Shown here piece after piece: positions 47,073 through 60,015 of a stretch of DNA of 64,000 bases. Numbering within the stretch: the first letter of the stretch is position 1; the number at the start of each line of letters is the position of its first letter. Source of the DNA: Octopus sinensis (lineage: Eukaryota). Under the pieces are notes generated by a model that worked only from the letters and a program-made list of their open reading frames with translations, made no database searches and had not been told where the DNA came from. The stretch spans positions 23,684,001 through 23,748,000 of the forward strand of contig NC_043001.1 of assembly GCF_006345805.1 (NCBI RefSeq), read 5' to 3'. Both the position numbers and the translations under genes were made by a program.

Positions 47073-48086
47073 CGCTGTTCAAGCTAAGTGTTAACTGTAT
47101 TAATCTATCTGGCCTGGAAGGGCCTGTGAAGTTTATGGGTATAATTCCTTACTCTAGAATGAAACCATAAAAGAACATATTGGGTAAAACATGAATCATT
47201 AATCTTTTGGGGTTGAGTCAATCGATTCCTTTTTCTGTAAACTTGTTGCTTTCTGCTTTGACAACTGAAATCATTTTAGGAGAAAAATCAAATGAATGTC
47301 CCTACACACACACACACACACACCACACACAACACACACACACACACACACAACACACACACACAAAGCATACAAGTGCATCATCATCATTATCATTGTC
47401 ACTACTACCAACACTGCCACCACCACCACCACCACCACCACTATCACCACCACTAGCACTACCACCACCATCATCATCATAATCATCACAAAATGATGAC
47501 GATGTACACACATTGTCATCATGCTTATTATATGTACATGCTTATTACATGCACAAGCACTCAGGTATACACTGGCACTCATTTATAGACAATCACATAC
47601 ACCCACGTACACAACACACTCATGCATACATTGTCTATAGATATGTATCACTGATATATATATATATATATATTTCTGACATTACAACTCTAAATGAAAA
47701 CTGCTGTAAAATGGCTGCAATAAGAATCCTCATGAAAAGAGAACATTGTTATGCTCTCACTCAATGATATTATATCAATGTCTGAAATTGGTAAAAGATT
47801 AATATTAGATGAAACTATTTCTTTGAAAAGGCATGTGTATGATGAAAGAACTGCAGTCAATGCCCGGAGTAATAAAACCCTCCACTCCAGTAGTTACATG
47901 CATGTCCAGTGCAGTGTGATTGTCCTTTGTATGTTCAATGTAATGTTGGTTTTAAGTTTTGGGACAAAGCCAGCAATTTCGTGGGAGGGCGTAAGTTGGT
48001 TACCTCAACCTCAGTGCTCAGCTGGTACTTACTTTATAGGCCCCGAGAGGATGAAAGTCAAAGTTGACTTCGACAGAATTTGAACA

Positions 48087-48480
48087 GGCGGCGAGCTGGC
48101 AGAAATGTTAGCACGCTGGGCGAAATGCTTTTGCGGTATTTCGTCTGCCGTTATGTTCTGAGTTCGAATTCCGCCAGGGTCGACTTTGTCTTTCATCCTT
48201 TCGGGGTCGATTAAATAAGTACCAGTTACGCACTGAGGATCAATATAATCGACTTAATCCGTTTGTCTGTCCTTGTTTGTCCTCTCTGTGTTTAGCCCCT
48301 TGTGGGTAGTAAAGAAATAGATATTTCGTCTGTCTTTACGTTCTGAGTTCAAATTCCGCCGACTTTGCCTTAAATCCCTTCGGGGGTCGATAAATTAAGT
48401 ATCAGTTGTATACTGAGGTCGATCTAATCGACTGGCCCCCTCCCCTAAATTTTCGGGCCGTGTACCTAGAGTAAAAAAGA
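48087..48480 (+). mobile_element. SINE A followed by the A-variant body (dimeric)
   Basis: A body 48087-48320, then repeated B-box and central domain with the alternative tail. Confidence 0.8.
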
Positions 48481-48574
48481 ATATCGTCATCATGAGAACC
48501 TTTAATATTATTGTTATTAGTGGTAGTGGTCGTAGCAGAAGAAATAGTACCTCTAAGTATTATTATTATTATTA

Positions 48575-49128
48575 TTGAGTGAGAGAGCAGTGCATGCCAA
48601 CAAAGTGACACTGGGGTAAAATATACGAAGCCCAGTATACCCATCATGACTACCCGTCTGATAAAGGTACACCAGGCACATGCATCACAACCATATGTGC
48701 GCGACATGGTGATCTCATATCAAGATAAACAGCACATGACCTTGCAGGTGGGGCCCAGTTAGAATTTTCTTCAGGTTGAGTAGCCCATCCCGCTCAAAAG
48801 GTCCCTGAATAAGGGTTAAGGATGTTGAAAGAACCACCCATGTTTCCAGAGGTGAATTATTCAAACCCCAAAGAATCCCTCTCAACACATGGCTATGATG
48901 CTCCCCCACTACTTCTGCTCGTGATCAGAGATGCACATATCGTTAGCCACTAAGGGACATGCTCAACTGGTTAAGGTCAAACAACTGACAAGCAAATCTG
49001 TGGTATTGAGCAGAATATTTGCTGTAGCCCATCTGTTACACCAAGACAAAAACAATGTACATGATAACACTTCCAATCAGTTAAGATCAGAAGCCATGAG
49101 AGCCACTGTCTGGTACTGTATCAGGGCA

Positions 49129-49130
<2 letters not shown>
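48575..49130. mobile_element. Interspersed repeat family D flanked on both sides by (ATT)n
   Basis: TATTATTATTATT|GAGTGAGAGAGC ... CAGGGCA|ATTATTATT; homologous to 26293-26630. Confidence 0.7.
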
Positions 49131-49194
<64 letters not shown>

Positions 49195-49487
49195 TATTTA
49201 GCTTAGGTTGGAATTTATCAATAAAGTTCATTTCTCTGATTTTTCTCTCGATTTCACTTGGACTGTGTAGTTTGTGGAATGGAAATATAAATATTTTCGG
49301 AGCTTATACAAATGTATTTAAGGCACATATTTTAGCCACCTCACTACAGTTGTAAATTGTAAAATATAATTGTCACCAATACTATATGAACCTGAAGATT
49401 GCATAGTTTAATGCATGGAAGGTCTAGTTCAATCAGAATGAACATTTAATATTCTATCATTTCATTATATTATATTATCTTGCATGT

Positions 49488-49815
49488 TTTTCAGTCTGTG
49501 GCGAAATGGCTAACATTTGCCCTGTTTATAATTATACCATATGTTACATATTTATTATATCATACCTTGATACTGTGTGGATTAAGATCTCCGTTGACAG
49601 GCCGTTGGTATTTATAGTGTTAACACTTTTAGTATGCAAATTAAAGACTACACTTTGGCTGCTTGTTTCTCTGGAGACTGTCAGAATGATGTAGATGCAG
49701 CTGATGAGAATCCAATAAGGTTCGAAAATCGATTAAGGTTGATCATCATTTTTTTCAGTCTGCACAGAAATCGCTAAAATTTGCTCTGTTTATAATTATA
49801 CCTTATATTACATTA
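49488..49815 (+). mobile_element. Terminally redundant ~264-bp unit with hammerhead core (49701-49739)
   Basis: Direct repeat GTTTATAATTATACC at 49524 and 49788; CTGATGA GAATCC-AATAA-GGTTC GAA AATCGATT A AGGT; homologous to 27606-27964. Confidence 0.65.
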
Positions 49816-49898
49816 TTATAATGTTGTAAATAAAACGTAAAAATCAGACAAAGTTGGAATTCCTTTGATTAATATATTCTATACACAATCATACACAC

Positions 49899-49963
<65 letters not shown>

Positions 49964-50194
49964 AGAGTTCACGAAAAAAACAAAAGACGAAGACAGGTGG
50001 TGTACAAAACAAACAGATGTATTAGTATAACGATCAGGAATAGAAAAAGTCTTTTACGTTTCGAGCCTACGCTCTTCTACAGAAAGGGACACAGAAAAAA
50101 AGCAAGGAGAGAAACAATGTGTGTAGTGGCTACCGATCTATCATACCGACTGATATATAGGAATATATATATATATATATATATTCCTATTGTG

Positions 50195-53100
50195 TATATG
50201 CCAACATGTCTGGAAAGCAACAAACAAAATTAACAGAATCAGAAAGAATTCTAATTTAACTTTCATCGAAATTATCAACACTCATCACTATGATTGACAC
50301 AGAATCTTCTGTCTCAAAAGAAATAGAAAAACAGTCTGCAGACGGAAAACTTGTAAATGAATATATAGACTATGAAATTAAGAATTTAGCTGAAATTATG
50401 CTGACAGGGAAAACCTACCACAACCTCCTTGGATGTCAGAAATAAACGAAACAAATCTAGAAAACGAAGCGCATCGAAAAAGAAAAAGAGACGTGGTAGA
50501 CATGGAAAAAATTTCTTAACATAAGAAAACAAAATGTCTGGAAGGCATATAAATGTGAAAAAATATGCCGAAGCACATTTATTTATTTAGCGGTACCCGT
50601 ACTTCCGAGGAAGTACCGAATTAAAGAAATTGTAGGAGAACCAGAGGAGGAAGCAAAACTTCGATGTGAAGCTGTGGATGTTCAAATTGGAGACAAAATA
50701 TCAAAACTAACGACTGGCAATATAGCAAAAAAAAAAAAAAAATGCGTGATCTATGGCTCAGAGATATCTCAAAAGAAGAAAGCAGATCAAGAAAGTTATG
50801 GCAGCAGAAACAATTATTTCTCGACAAATATGCTACAAATTACGGTGAAGAATCTAGAACTCTGAGAAATAGCATTAAAAATGGACAATCTCACCAACGT
50901 AACATACGCCAGAACACGTAGCAACACGAACACTCGTTTCACCACGAATTGAAGATAAACTACGGTAAGAACTCTTCCCTTTTTGTACACAAACACCTTA
51001 ATGCACACAATATGAACAAAGAGCACAAACAAGATAGATATGCCTTTGATCAGAACATTTGGAGTAGAAATAACAGATCATTTTCAAGACCTCAACAGAG
51101 ATTACCTACAAGAAGCTGGGCAAAAAACCGATCTAGATCTGGAAGTAAACCTAGATAATTTCCCCAGGCTGTTAAAAACAATACTAACAAGAAATTGACA
51201 AATAATATACATAATACCAAAAACAGGATAGAAAACATACGAAACCAAGTCAAATATCACAACCAAAAGACAAAGTCCATCAAGCAAACATCAATAGGAA
51301 CATAAATTATAAACAGAGAAAAATCCATTGTTTAATGTCAGGACAACAAAAACCGGAGAATGAAAAATTCCAAAAGGAAGCATACCCAGAATAACTGAAC
51401 GTATAGATCTTAAAATAATTAATTCATCCAAAATTAATCTTGACGATGATGAAATCCAACTTCTGTCAAAAGTACTGAAATTCACACCAACACCAACAGT
51501 CAACCACCAAGAACTAAAGGAGGATATCCAGAAATTTGTAGTAAGTTACGGCTTATAGAATTCTTTACTAATAAAAGTAATGAGATTGATGAATCCCCGG
51601 TAAAGAATAAATCAAATTTCGCCTCACCAAAAGAAAGAAATAACTATCTTGACCAATACATTAATATCCTGTCAAAATTTCCCCTTAGGCGCTATACTAA
51701 TGTTAGGCAAAAGATTGAGAAATCGGAGATGTTTGCCCTTAAACGTATACAAAACGATCAAGCAATAATAATTAAACAAGCAGATAAAGAGGGTGCAATT
51801 GTTATTATGGATGCCGAATACAACAAGGATTAGGTTGAGGACCAACTGAAGGACGCAACCTTCTATTGTAAAATACTTTCAAATATAGACCACCACATCA
51901 TGAAGAATATCAACAACCTAGTTTCAAAACATTACAACTCACCGATAAAGAAAGATATTACATCACCAATTTCGAGCCAAAACCAAGCAATTTCTACGGC
52001 TTACCAAAAATACATAAGTCAAAAGATATTCAGCACCAATATTCCACATGATTTAAGAAAAAAGGTGATTAAATACTGGGTAGAAAAACATAGAGAAGTA
52101 ATTCCCGACAGATTCACAGTGTCATTTATATTAGACACAGTCAGACTTATTCTAGAAAACAACACATTCTTCTTCAATGGAAAGAATTACATCCAAATTC
52201 AAGGCACGGCGATAGGAACGAGGTTTGCTCCCGTTTACATGAACTCTGTAATGGGATACGTAGAACAACCCTACTAAGAAGTAGAGGAAAGCTATAGCAC
52301 TGAATTTAGAAAGTATATTGAAAAGGCAAGGAAGAGATACCTTGACGACTGCTTCACAACCTGGACAGAATCTCAAAATACTCTGGAAGAGTTCAGTATC
52401 TTTCTGAACAACCTATATCCATCTCTCCAATTTACGAAGGAGATGAGTAGTACCAAGTGACCATTCCTAGATATAATGGTAGTTAAAAAGGACATCATCA
52501 TTACCACAGGTATATACTACAAACACATGGATACACATCAATACCTGAATTTTAAGTTGTGCTAACCATCACATACAAAACGCAACATCTCATTCTGCCT
52601 AGCCAGAAGAATTTGTACCATTATACAAGATGCAAATATCAGGAACAAATGCTTAACAGAGCTAAAGAGAGTTGTTGCTCAAACAAAAATACCCGTCTCT
52701 ACTTATAGAGAGTGGCATAAATGGGCTATAAAAATATCCATACAACAAGAGGAAAACAGGAACAAGTCATACCATTTATAGTGTCACTCAACCCATGTCA
52801 CCAGAATATCTTCAACATTGCCAAAGCGAACCTGCCAATTATTGCTCCAAGTAATGAATTAAAAGATATAATTACGGATCGAGTTATGGTTCTTAGTAAA
52901 AAGACAGCTTAAAACTTGAAAAAATTATTAACAGAGGCAAAGTTTGACCTTAGCAACAAAGATCAATCATTCACTGTATCTAAATGTAATGATAGCCGAT
53001 GTGACACATGCCAATTCATACGTACTGGCCAATATATGAACACAAAAACTGGAAATATATTCACAAATACAAATATGCACTGCAAAAGCAAAAATATAAT

Positions 53101-53330
53101 TTACTGCATCAAATGCCCGAATTGTGAAGAACTATATGTGGGTCAGACTGCAAATACACTATCAGAACCTTCACGTGTGCACCGACAGCAAATTAGAGAC
53201 CCAGGTGTCCATCAGGTACTTTGTGTAAGCATTTAGCAACATGTGGTCAGAAAATATTTTTAACATTTCCATTCCACAAACTACACAGTCCAAGTGAAAT
53301 GGAGAGAAAAATCAGAGAAAAGAACTTTAT
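50195..53330 (+). mobile_element. Decayed Penelope-like element (RT plus GIY-YIG endonuclease; Neptune-like Cys linker)
   Basis: KQADKEGAIVIMD, FYGLPKIHK, TNIPHD, QGTAIGTRFAP, YLDD (52338-52349), PFLDI, CNDSRCDTC, IYCIKCPNCEELYVGQT (53099-53149). Many stops and frameshifts; a deletion removes the first catalytic Asp motif. Confidence 0.9.
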
Positions 53331-53624
53331 TGATGATTTCCAACCCAAGCTAAATAAACACAAATATAATAATACTTAGAGGTATTATTTCCACTGCTAC
53401 AATCTGTTGGTAATCTTTGAATGAAAAATCTCCAGAACAGAACTTTTAAAACCATTTCTGACAAGCGCGTTCTGTTAAGCAATCGGCACCATAAACTTCA
53501 CATATCTCTTCGTGAGCCTCAGCAGCTTTCTTGCTTTTACGGAAACAAAAAAGCAAAATATGGTGAAAATGTTCGTTTTTGCACTCCATGTTAAAACTGA
53601 CACTGAACTAACAACTGTAAACAA

Positions 53625-53927
53625 TTTGTTTGTTCCTTCTCGAGCCATGCCCGGCTCATAAGGGCCGGTTTCCCGACTTCCTTGGCGTATAGGTTCCCCA
53701 CCTGGACGGGACGCCGGTCTGTCGCAGGTGAGCTGCAAGATGCAGGAAGAAAGAGTGAAAGTTGTGGCGAAAGAGTCAGCAGAAGTTCGCCATTACCTTC
53801 TGCCGGAGCCGCGTGGAGCTTAGGTGTTTCACTCATAAACACACACACATCGCCCGGTCTGAGATTCGAACCCGCGATCCCTCGACCGCAAGTCCGCTGC
53901 TTTAACCACTAGGCCATGTGCCTCCAC
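53625..53927 (-). mobile_element. tRNA-derived SINE with V-domain-like segment
   Basis: Head shared with the 42063 SINE; CTGCGACAGACCGGCGTCCCGTCCAGG segment; near-TSD ACTGT(A/T)AACA. Confidence 0.75.
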
Positions 53928-54278
53928 ACTGTTAACAGAATTACTCGCAATTTGCTTCTAAAGTAAGCTAAAAGTAACGGCTATCAAATGTTAAAAGCAA
54001 AAGAATCATAACAGTGACAAAAGTCATTAAAAATAATCATAACTCTATTTGCGTAAAACGAAATTACTTTCTTGCCAACCTAATAAAAATGTAAGAGTGA
54101 CGATGTTACTCGATAGACTGATTAGACATTTTGTAAAATAGGAACAAATAAAAAGGCGACGACCAGTCAGGGATCCGCATCTTTTCTCTTGTACCTGATC
54201 GTCACTTTCGTATTGCTCCTTCCCAAATACTAGGGCACAAATGTATGGGCACATACATACATACATACATACATACAT

Positions 54279-54313
<35 letters not shown>

Positions 54314-54314
54314 T

Positions 54315-54800
54315 ACTGCCATCCGCAAAAAAGACTGTCCTGAAATAAACTTAGAAAATCCCCCTGTTATCGAATACACTCATAAACACCAACTCAAGGA
54401 ATACTAGTGGAATATTCTCATCAAAACTTCTGTCAAATGTAAACATAACAGGCCGGATATTGCTGTTTGGGACAGAAGGGCAAAGGTATGTACCATCATA
54501 GAGGTTAGCTGCTCTCTCTCTCTCTCTATATATATATATACCTCTTAGAAAATCAAAGAAAAAGATGATATCTATGGACGACTGCCTGGAAACCTCTAGC
54601 TTCCATATGCAGACTATAAATTCATATTCATACCAATAATAATTGGAACACTAGGTTTTGTTAGTAAATGCTTAAAATAGAATTTGGATAAAATGTGATT
54701 TTCAGAAAGAGAAATTGACTCGCTGATTCTTACGTTACAAGTGTATTCTGTGTGGGACAGTAAAAATATGCAAGTCTTTTCTCAAGTTCCAAATGTAAAT
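54315..54800 (+). mobile_element. RLE-type (Dong/R4-like) non-LTR retrotransposon 3' fragment
   Basis: HNRPDIAVWDRRAKVCTIIEVSC restriction-like endonuclease motif; FIPIIIGTLG. Confidence 0.7.
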
Positions 54801-54904
54801 TTGTCAGTGTTAACTACATCCCAAAGATGGAGCCTTGTATCTTTGTTGGAAACCGGCTCCCTCCTCAGTGTAAGATTTATAATAATTAAAAATAGAAGAG
54901 GCAT

Positions 54905-55440
54905 TCATACATACATGATTTGGGATAGAGACGAAAAACTGTGTACAGTTGTGGAAATCAGCTGCCCAGCGGATGTTAACATAAGGCTGACGTTCAGTGA
55001 AAAAGAGAATACCTACACTGAACTATTTGAGAAATCTGCAGTTACTCAAGTTCAAGTTTATATCTGTAATCATTAGGGCGCCAGGATATGTAACAAGCTG
55101 CCTAAATACAATTCTTGAGAAATTAGGGTTCTCGAAACCAGAAAGGAGAAAGCTGATTCGAAGACTACAGATCCAAGCCATTATTGGAACTGTAAAAATC
55201 TGTAAAACTTTCAATAAGTTTAAGTATATATGAGCATGTCTAGATATGTAAATATATGCATGAGAAGACATACATAAAACAAAATATACAGATCTGCAAC
55301 TATACGTACATACATACATACATACATACATACATACATACATACATACATACATACATACATACATACCCTGTTGTTGGTGTTGAAATTCTCGGATCTA
55401 GGTTAGGAACCGGCTCTTATTGGCAAGAAATCTTGAAATA
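54905..55440 (+). mobile_element. Second RLE-type (Dong/R4-like) 3' fragment with 3' UTR containing (CATA)n
   Basis: IWDRDEKLCTVVEISCPADVN..EKENTY..LEKLGF..LQIQAIIGTVKICK. Confidence 0.7.
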
Positions 55441-55653
55441 AAATTGAATCTATTACAGAAGTGGAAAATCGGTGTGTGTTTGTTTGTGGCGTTGTTAGCT
55501 AACTCCTCCCACATCGTTTTACTGATTTTGATGAAGCTTGACACATGAGTAGAACTCATGACTGGAAATCTCGTGACATACCTAGATTGTTGAAATATTT
55601 AATAATACGGCCTCTGGAAGAGACCTTTATATCTACCTCATATAACTAATTTT

Positions 55654-56310
55654 GGATCTTTTCGCTTTGACCGGCAGATTTTTAAAATAATTTCTTTGTA
55701 GCTAAAAAAATTTAAACTTCGTATACTGGTAGAATGTGTTTATAAAACATCTTTTTCTCTTGGCTTTCTTGTGAAAATTTTGTAGTTTGTAAGATATTTG
55801 TTCTTTATTTTCTTGCATTTCGGCAATTTCAACCACTCAATGACGTCTATTGAGGTGAAAACGATTTCTGCCGTAGTGTGTCAACAACATTTTCTGGCGG
55901 TGTCATATGAAAATGTCTCTGTTATTTATGACATATTTCATATCAGTTACGTTCGTATGAATAAAAGATTATCGTTATTAAACTTTTATTAATAAATACA
56001 TATTCTAAGTTCACAACATATGCAGTTTTAATTTTCCTCTCAACTCTAATCCTAACCCTAAAACAGATTGAAATGCAATAGATCGATACTAGGGTCATAA
56101 TTATGGGTGGACACTAAAGAAGGAACGGTTTTGTTATCCAGCTCTGTTTACGAGTGACCCCTCATTTTATGACCACAGGGTATCTTTTTTTCTCATAAAT
56201 AGCAGGGACATTTTCATATGACACCGCCAGAAAATGTTTACGGCAGAAATTGCTTTCACCTCAATAGACGTCATTGATTGGTTGAAATTGCTGAAATGCA
56301 AGAAAATAAA
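55654..56310. mobile_element. Rearranged GGATCTTTTC-family TIR element
   Basis: TIR start at 55654; internal CTAATCCTAACCCTA telomere-like core; homology to 14383 and 38462. Confidence 0.65.
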
Positions 56311-56319
56311 CAACAAAAT

Positions 56320-57705
56320 ACCCGTGTTTCCTGTGTTTATGGGATAGCCAAGCGAGAGACAAACATTAGGAGCAGAAACTCTGGCCAGTTAGGAAAAGTT
56401 TGACTGTTGGGGAGAAGAATATCATACACCAACCACTTGTTGAGCGAGAGAAAAATCATCTTTCCACCCCTTCATATTAAACTAGGACTAATGAAGTAAT
56501 TTGTCAAAGCTCCTGGAAGTCAACTGTTTCAAATTCATATGTACAACATTTCCTGGACTTTGTTATGATAAGATAACGATTGGTGTTTTTGATGGGCCAC
56601 AAATCAGAAAGTTAACGAAATGCCAGAATTTCTCGAGGTTGATGGCTGAGATAGAAAAAAGAGCATGGGATTCATTTGTGACTGTTATGAAAGGAGTTTT
56701 GGGGAGTGAAAAGGCTGCATACTACAAAAATTTGGTGGCGACATTAGGTGATAGCTTCCATCTTTTAGGCTGCAACATGAGCATAAAGCTTCATTTCCTC
56801 AATTGCCATCTTGATGAATTTCCTGCTAGTCTCGTAGACGTGAGCTATGCGCATGGTGAGCGTTTTCATTAAGCAATCAAGATTATGGAGGAGAGACATC
56901 AAGGTTGATGGAACACATACATGACGGCAGACAACTGTTGGAGTATTCTAAGAGACTGTGTGGACATGAAATACTCCAGACACTCTTGCAAGCAGAATGT
57001 GAAGGTGTGTGTATGATGGTTTCTGTTTTATCCATCATATTAGAAAACGAGCAAAACGCACCCCGCCGTCCAATGGACGGTGCTGAGTTGTCAAACATTT
57101 AAATCAAATTTTCTCAAAACACCTTGTCCGACTGTTCCACCATAGGCCTCCCCTTTGAGGAACACTGATTTAACCTAAATTTGAGACACCAGCAAAAGAA
57201 GAAATAAAGATAGACTTTTTCCTATTCCAAGAAAAACGATTTTGCAAATGCACGTTCCCACGGCTTTATCGATCGCATTCTCACCTGGAATCGATTTTTG
57301 TAATTTTTTCAAGACTTATGCACGCCCTGATACCGTCGGTATCTACATATCAAATTTGAGCGCAATCGGATGGAGGATGCCCGAGATCCTAGAAGCCACA
57401 CACACAGACAGACAGAACGGATTTTATATAACAGTAGGTATTTAGTAAAATGTGGTGCTATTTTACATTTCATATTCTATTGACATTATAACTTATGGTT
57501 TGAAGCTATAAGACTTAGTGAACTATCCTGACCAGGTAAATTATTATACCGTCATAAAATATACATCATAAAATAGGGTTATGCTATAGAATGAAAACCT
57601 AATGTATTAGGAAAAAATGGATGCCATATTTGAAATCAGCATCTCAAAATTAACTAAAATTAACCACAAAACCGAAGTCAGCAAAAAGTGTGTTGACCTC
57701 TGTAA
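56320..57705 (+). mobile_element. Decayed DNA transposon (Chapaev3/CMC-like transposase)
   Basis: PPLHIKLGLMK*FVKA, GVFDGPQIRK, LGCNMSIKLHFLNCHLDEFP, HGERFH motifs. Family name is from memory, not from a search. Confidence 0.55.
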
Positions 57706-58295
57706 TAAGTTTGGTACTGCTGCAAAAGGCTTAGTGCTGTATAGAACGCTGTAAAATAAATTGGCAGAAAATAGTTTATACTAATCATGGCTTTTATTTA
57801 ATAGTTACGAGGTTTATCGCAACTGTGATGAGTTGGAAGTAATTACAGATTCACGCCTGTTAATAGAGAATCTCATGTTATTGAAGAAGTACACTACGAA
57901 GTTGATGTAGGAGGCAGATAGCAATAGGGCTTACACAGGGGTTGCCATTGATGATGAATTAGTTTTCCTGTGGCCGAAGGGAAGAAAGAGAGAAATAGAG
58001 AGGAAGAAAGAAAGAAAGAAAGAGAGAGATATAGAGAGATGTTACCTCTCTGAGAGTTGCTGAGCGAAGAGAGTGTTTCTCTACAGGTGACTCAAATTAA
58101 CAAATGCCCTAAAATTAGAACTAGGCCTATAGCAATGGAATTTGGACGAGTCATGTAGATCGAGCCGTTTCATCTAAGATGGCGGCGAATTTAATTGGTG
58201 ACACATAAAATATCAGTGCAAACTCTGGGAACAATGATATAGAGGCATGCAGAAGCATTCAGGCTTCGATTTCTGGCTGCGAATTCTTTGTGCTT

Positions 58296-58326
<31 letters not shown>

Positions 58327-58593
58327 TGCACACACGCACACACACACGCACACACATTTAGATACATTTAGCATGGCCACTGCCTTTGGGCTGGAACACA
58401 TAAAGAAATGCATATATGCATGAGAAACCACTCACTAAAGAGGCCAACAGGTTTTGGGATCTGATGATACGTCAAAAATCTAAACACTTTATGGACGTTA
58501 AACCAAAGGTAATCCTATAAACCGCCTATTCTAACACAGACACACACACTCACACACACACACATAGTTAAAAAAGTAAAACCATCATTTTTG

Positions 58594-58630
<37 letters not shown>

Positions 58631-58716
58631 TGTTGTTTTTTCTGTTTTCCCGTTTGGATTAACCTTATATATATATATATATACATACACATGCCAGAAC
58701 GGGATAACACTACATA

Positions 58717-59045
58717 GTGCCAAAAATCCCAGCAACGCCATCGCACTTCAGGACCAGTTACTGCAACAGCCTGGGTTTCAGGGGCCCACAGCTTTTTAAT
58801 ATTCTCCCAAAGAGCCTGAGGAACCTGCACAAAGTAGATGTAGGGGTTTTTAAATCAATGCTGGACCTCTTCCTGTCGAGAGTCCCAGATGAAACTACCT
58901 CGCGGCAAGAGGTGCAAATGAGGTTAACTACATCAAACTCCATTCTTCACCAAGTGCCACATATAAGAGGAGGCTCACAGTAATAACAGTGTAGCAAAAC
59001 AGCGGTGCATCAGCATGGCCGCAGCTATGAGCTGAAACTAGAGAG
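58717..59045 (+). mobile_element. CR1/L2-group LINE 3' end
   Basis: GPQLFNILPKSLRNL..FKSMLDLFLSRVPDE ORF end, then a tail homologous to the SINE B tail. Confidence 0.65.
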
Positions 59046-59050
59046 AGAGA

Positions 59051-59156
<106 letters not shown>

Positions 59157-59780
59157 CACACATACATACACATGCATACGGACAACTTTTGAAGCCCGTA
59201 ACTTCTTTACGTTGATTATAAATTCACAATTATTCAAAAAAATTAGTGTTGTACTTGGTTATGTTAATAAATGTTTAAGTGACAATTAGGAAAAGATGCG
59301 ATTTACAGTCTCAAAGAAAGCGACTAGCTAGCACACACTTTACAAGTGCAATCTGTAAGCGGATCAGTAAATATCTGCAAGACATTTTTAAAGTTCATCA
59401 TGTCGCATTTAGTATGATATCCAAATTCCAGGTGTTGAGCTTTGTTTCTTCGTCAGAAGCCAGCTTGTTCTTGTATGAAGAATTAAAATAATTAAAAAAG
59501 AAAACTGCATATATCCACACACACATGCATACATGCTGATAGACTCTATCTAAGAAGAGATGAATAAAGTAGACGCTTGAGATCAGTGCAGACAGGTATC
59601 GAATGTCCTGTACTATCTCTAGCCAAAAACCGAAAGAACTATCTTGATTTAAACAAAATGCCTTACCTCTTTGTGATACCATCAAATAACATACATACAT
59701 ACATAAACATACACGCACACACGCATACATATATACATACATACTCAGGTGTGCACGCGCAGACATATATAAGTACGTAG

Positions 59781-60015
59781 GCTAAGGCGGCGAGCTGGCG
59801 GACACGTTAGCACGCCGGGCGAAATGCTTAGCGGTATTTCGTCTGTCGTTACGTTCTGAGTTCAAATTCCGCCGAGGTCAACTTTGCCTTTCATCCTTTC
59901 GGGTTCGATAAATAAAGTACCAGTTTCACACTGGGGTCGATATAATCGACTCAATCCCTTCGTCTGTCCTTGTTTGTCCCCTCTATGTTTAGCCCCTTGT
60001 GGGCAATAAAGAAAT
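59781..60015 (+). mobile_element. SINE family A, full length with 16-bp TSD
   Basis: TSD ATATATAAGTACGTAG at 59765-59780 and 60016-60031. Confidence 0.9.

Noticed and set aside
58176-58186. AAGATGGCGGC YY1-like motif as a promoter of a further gene
   Set aside because: Single motif with no adjacent recognisable exon
59425-59460. CTGACGA on the - strand as a hammerhead
   Set aside because: GAAA half and stems not recoverable
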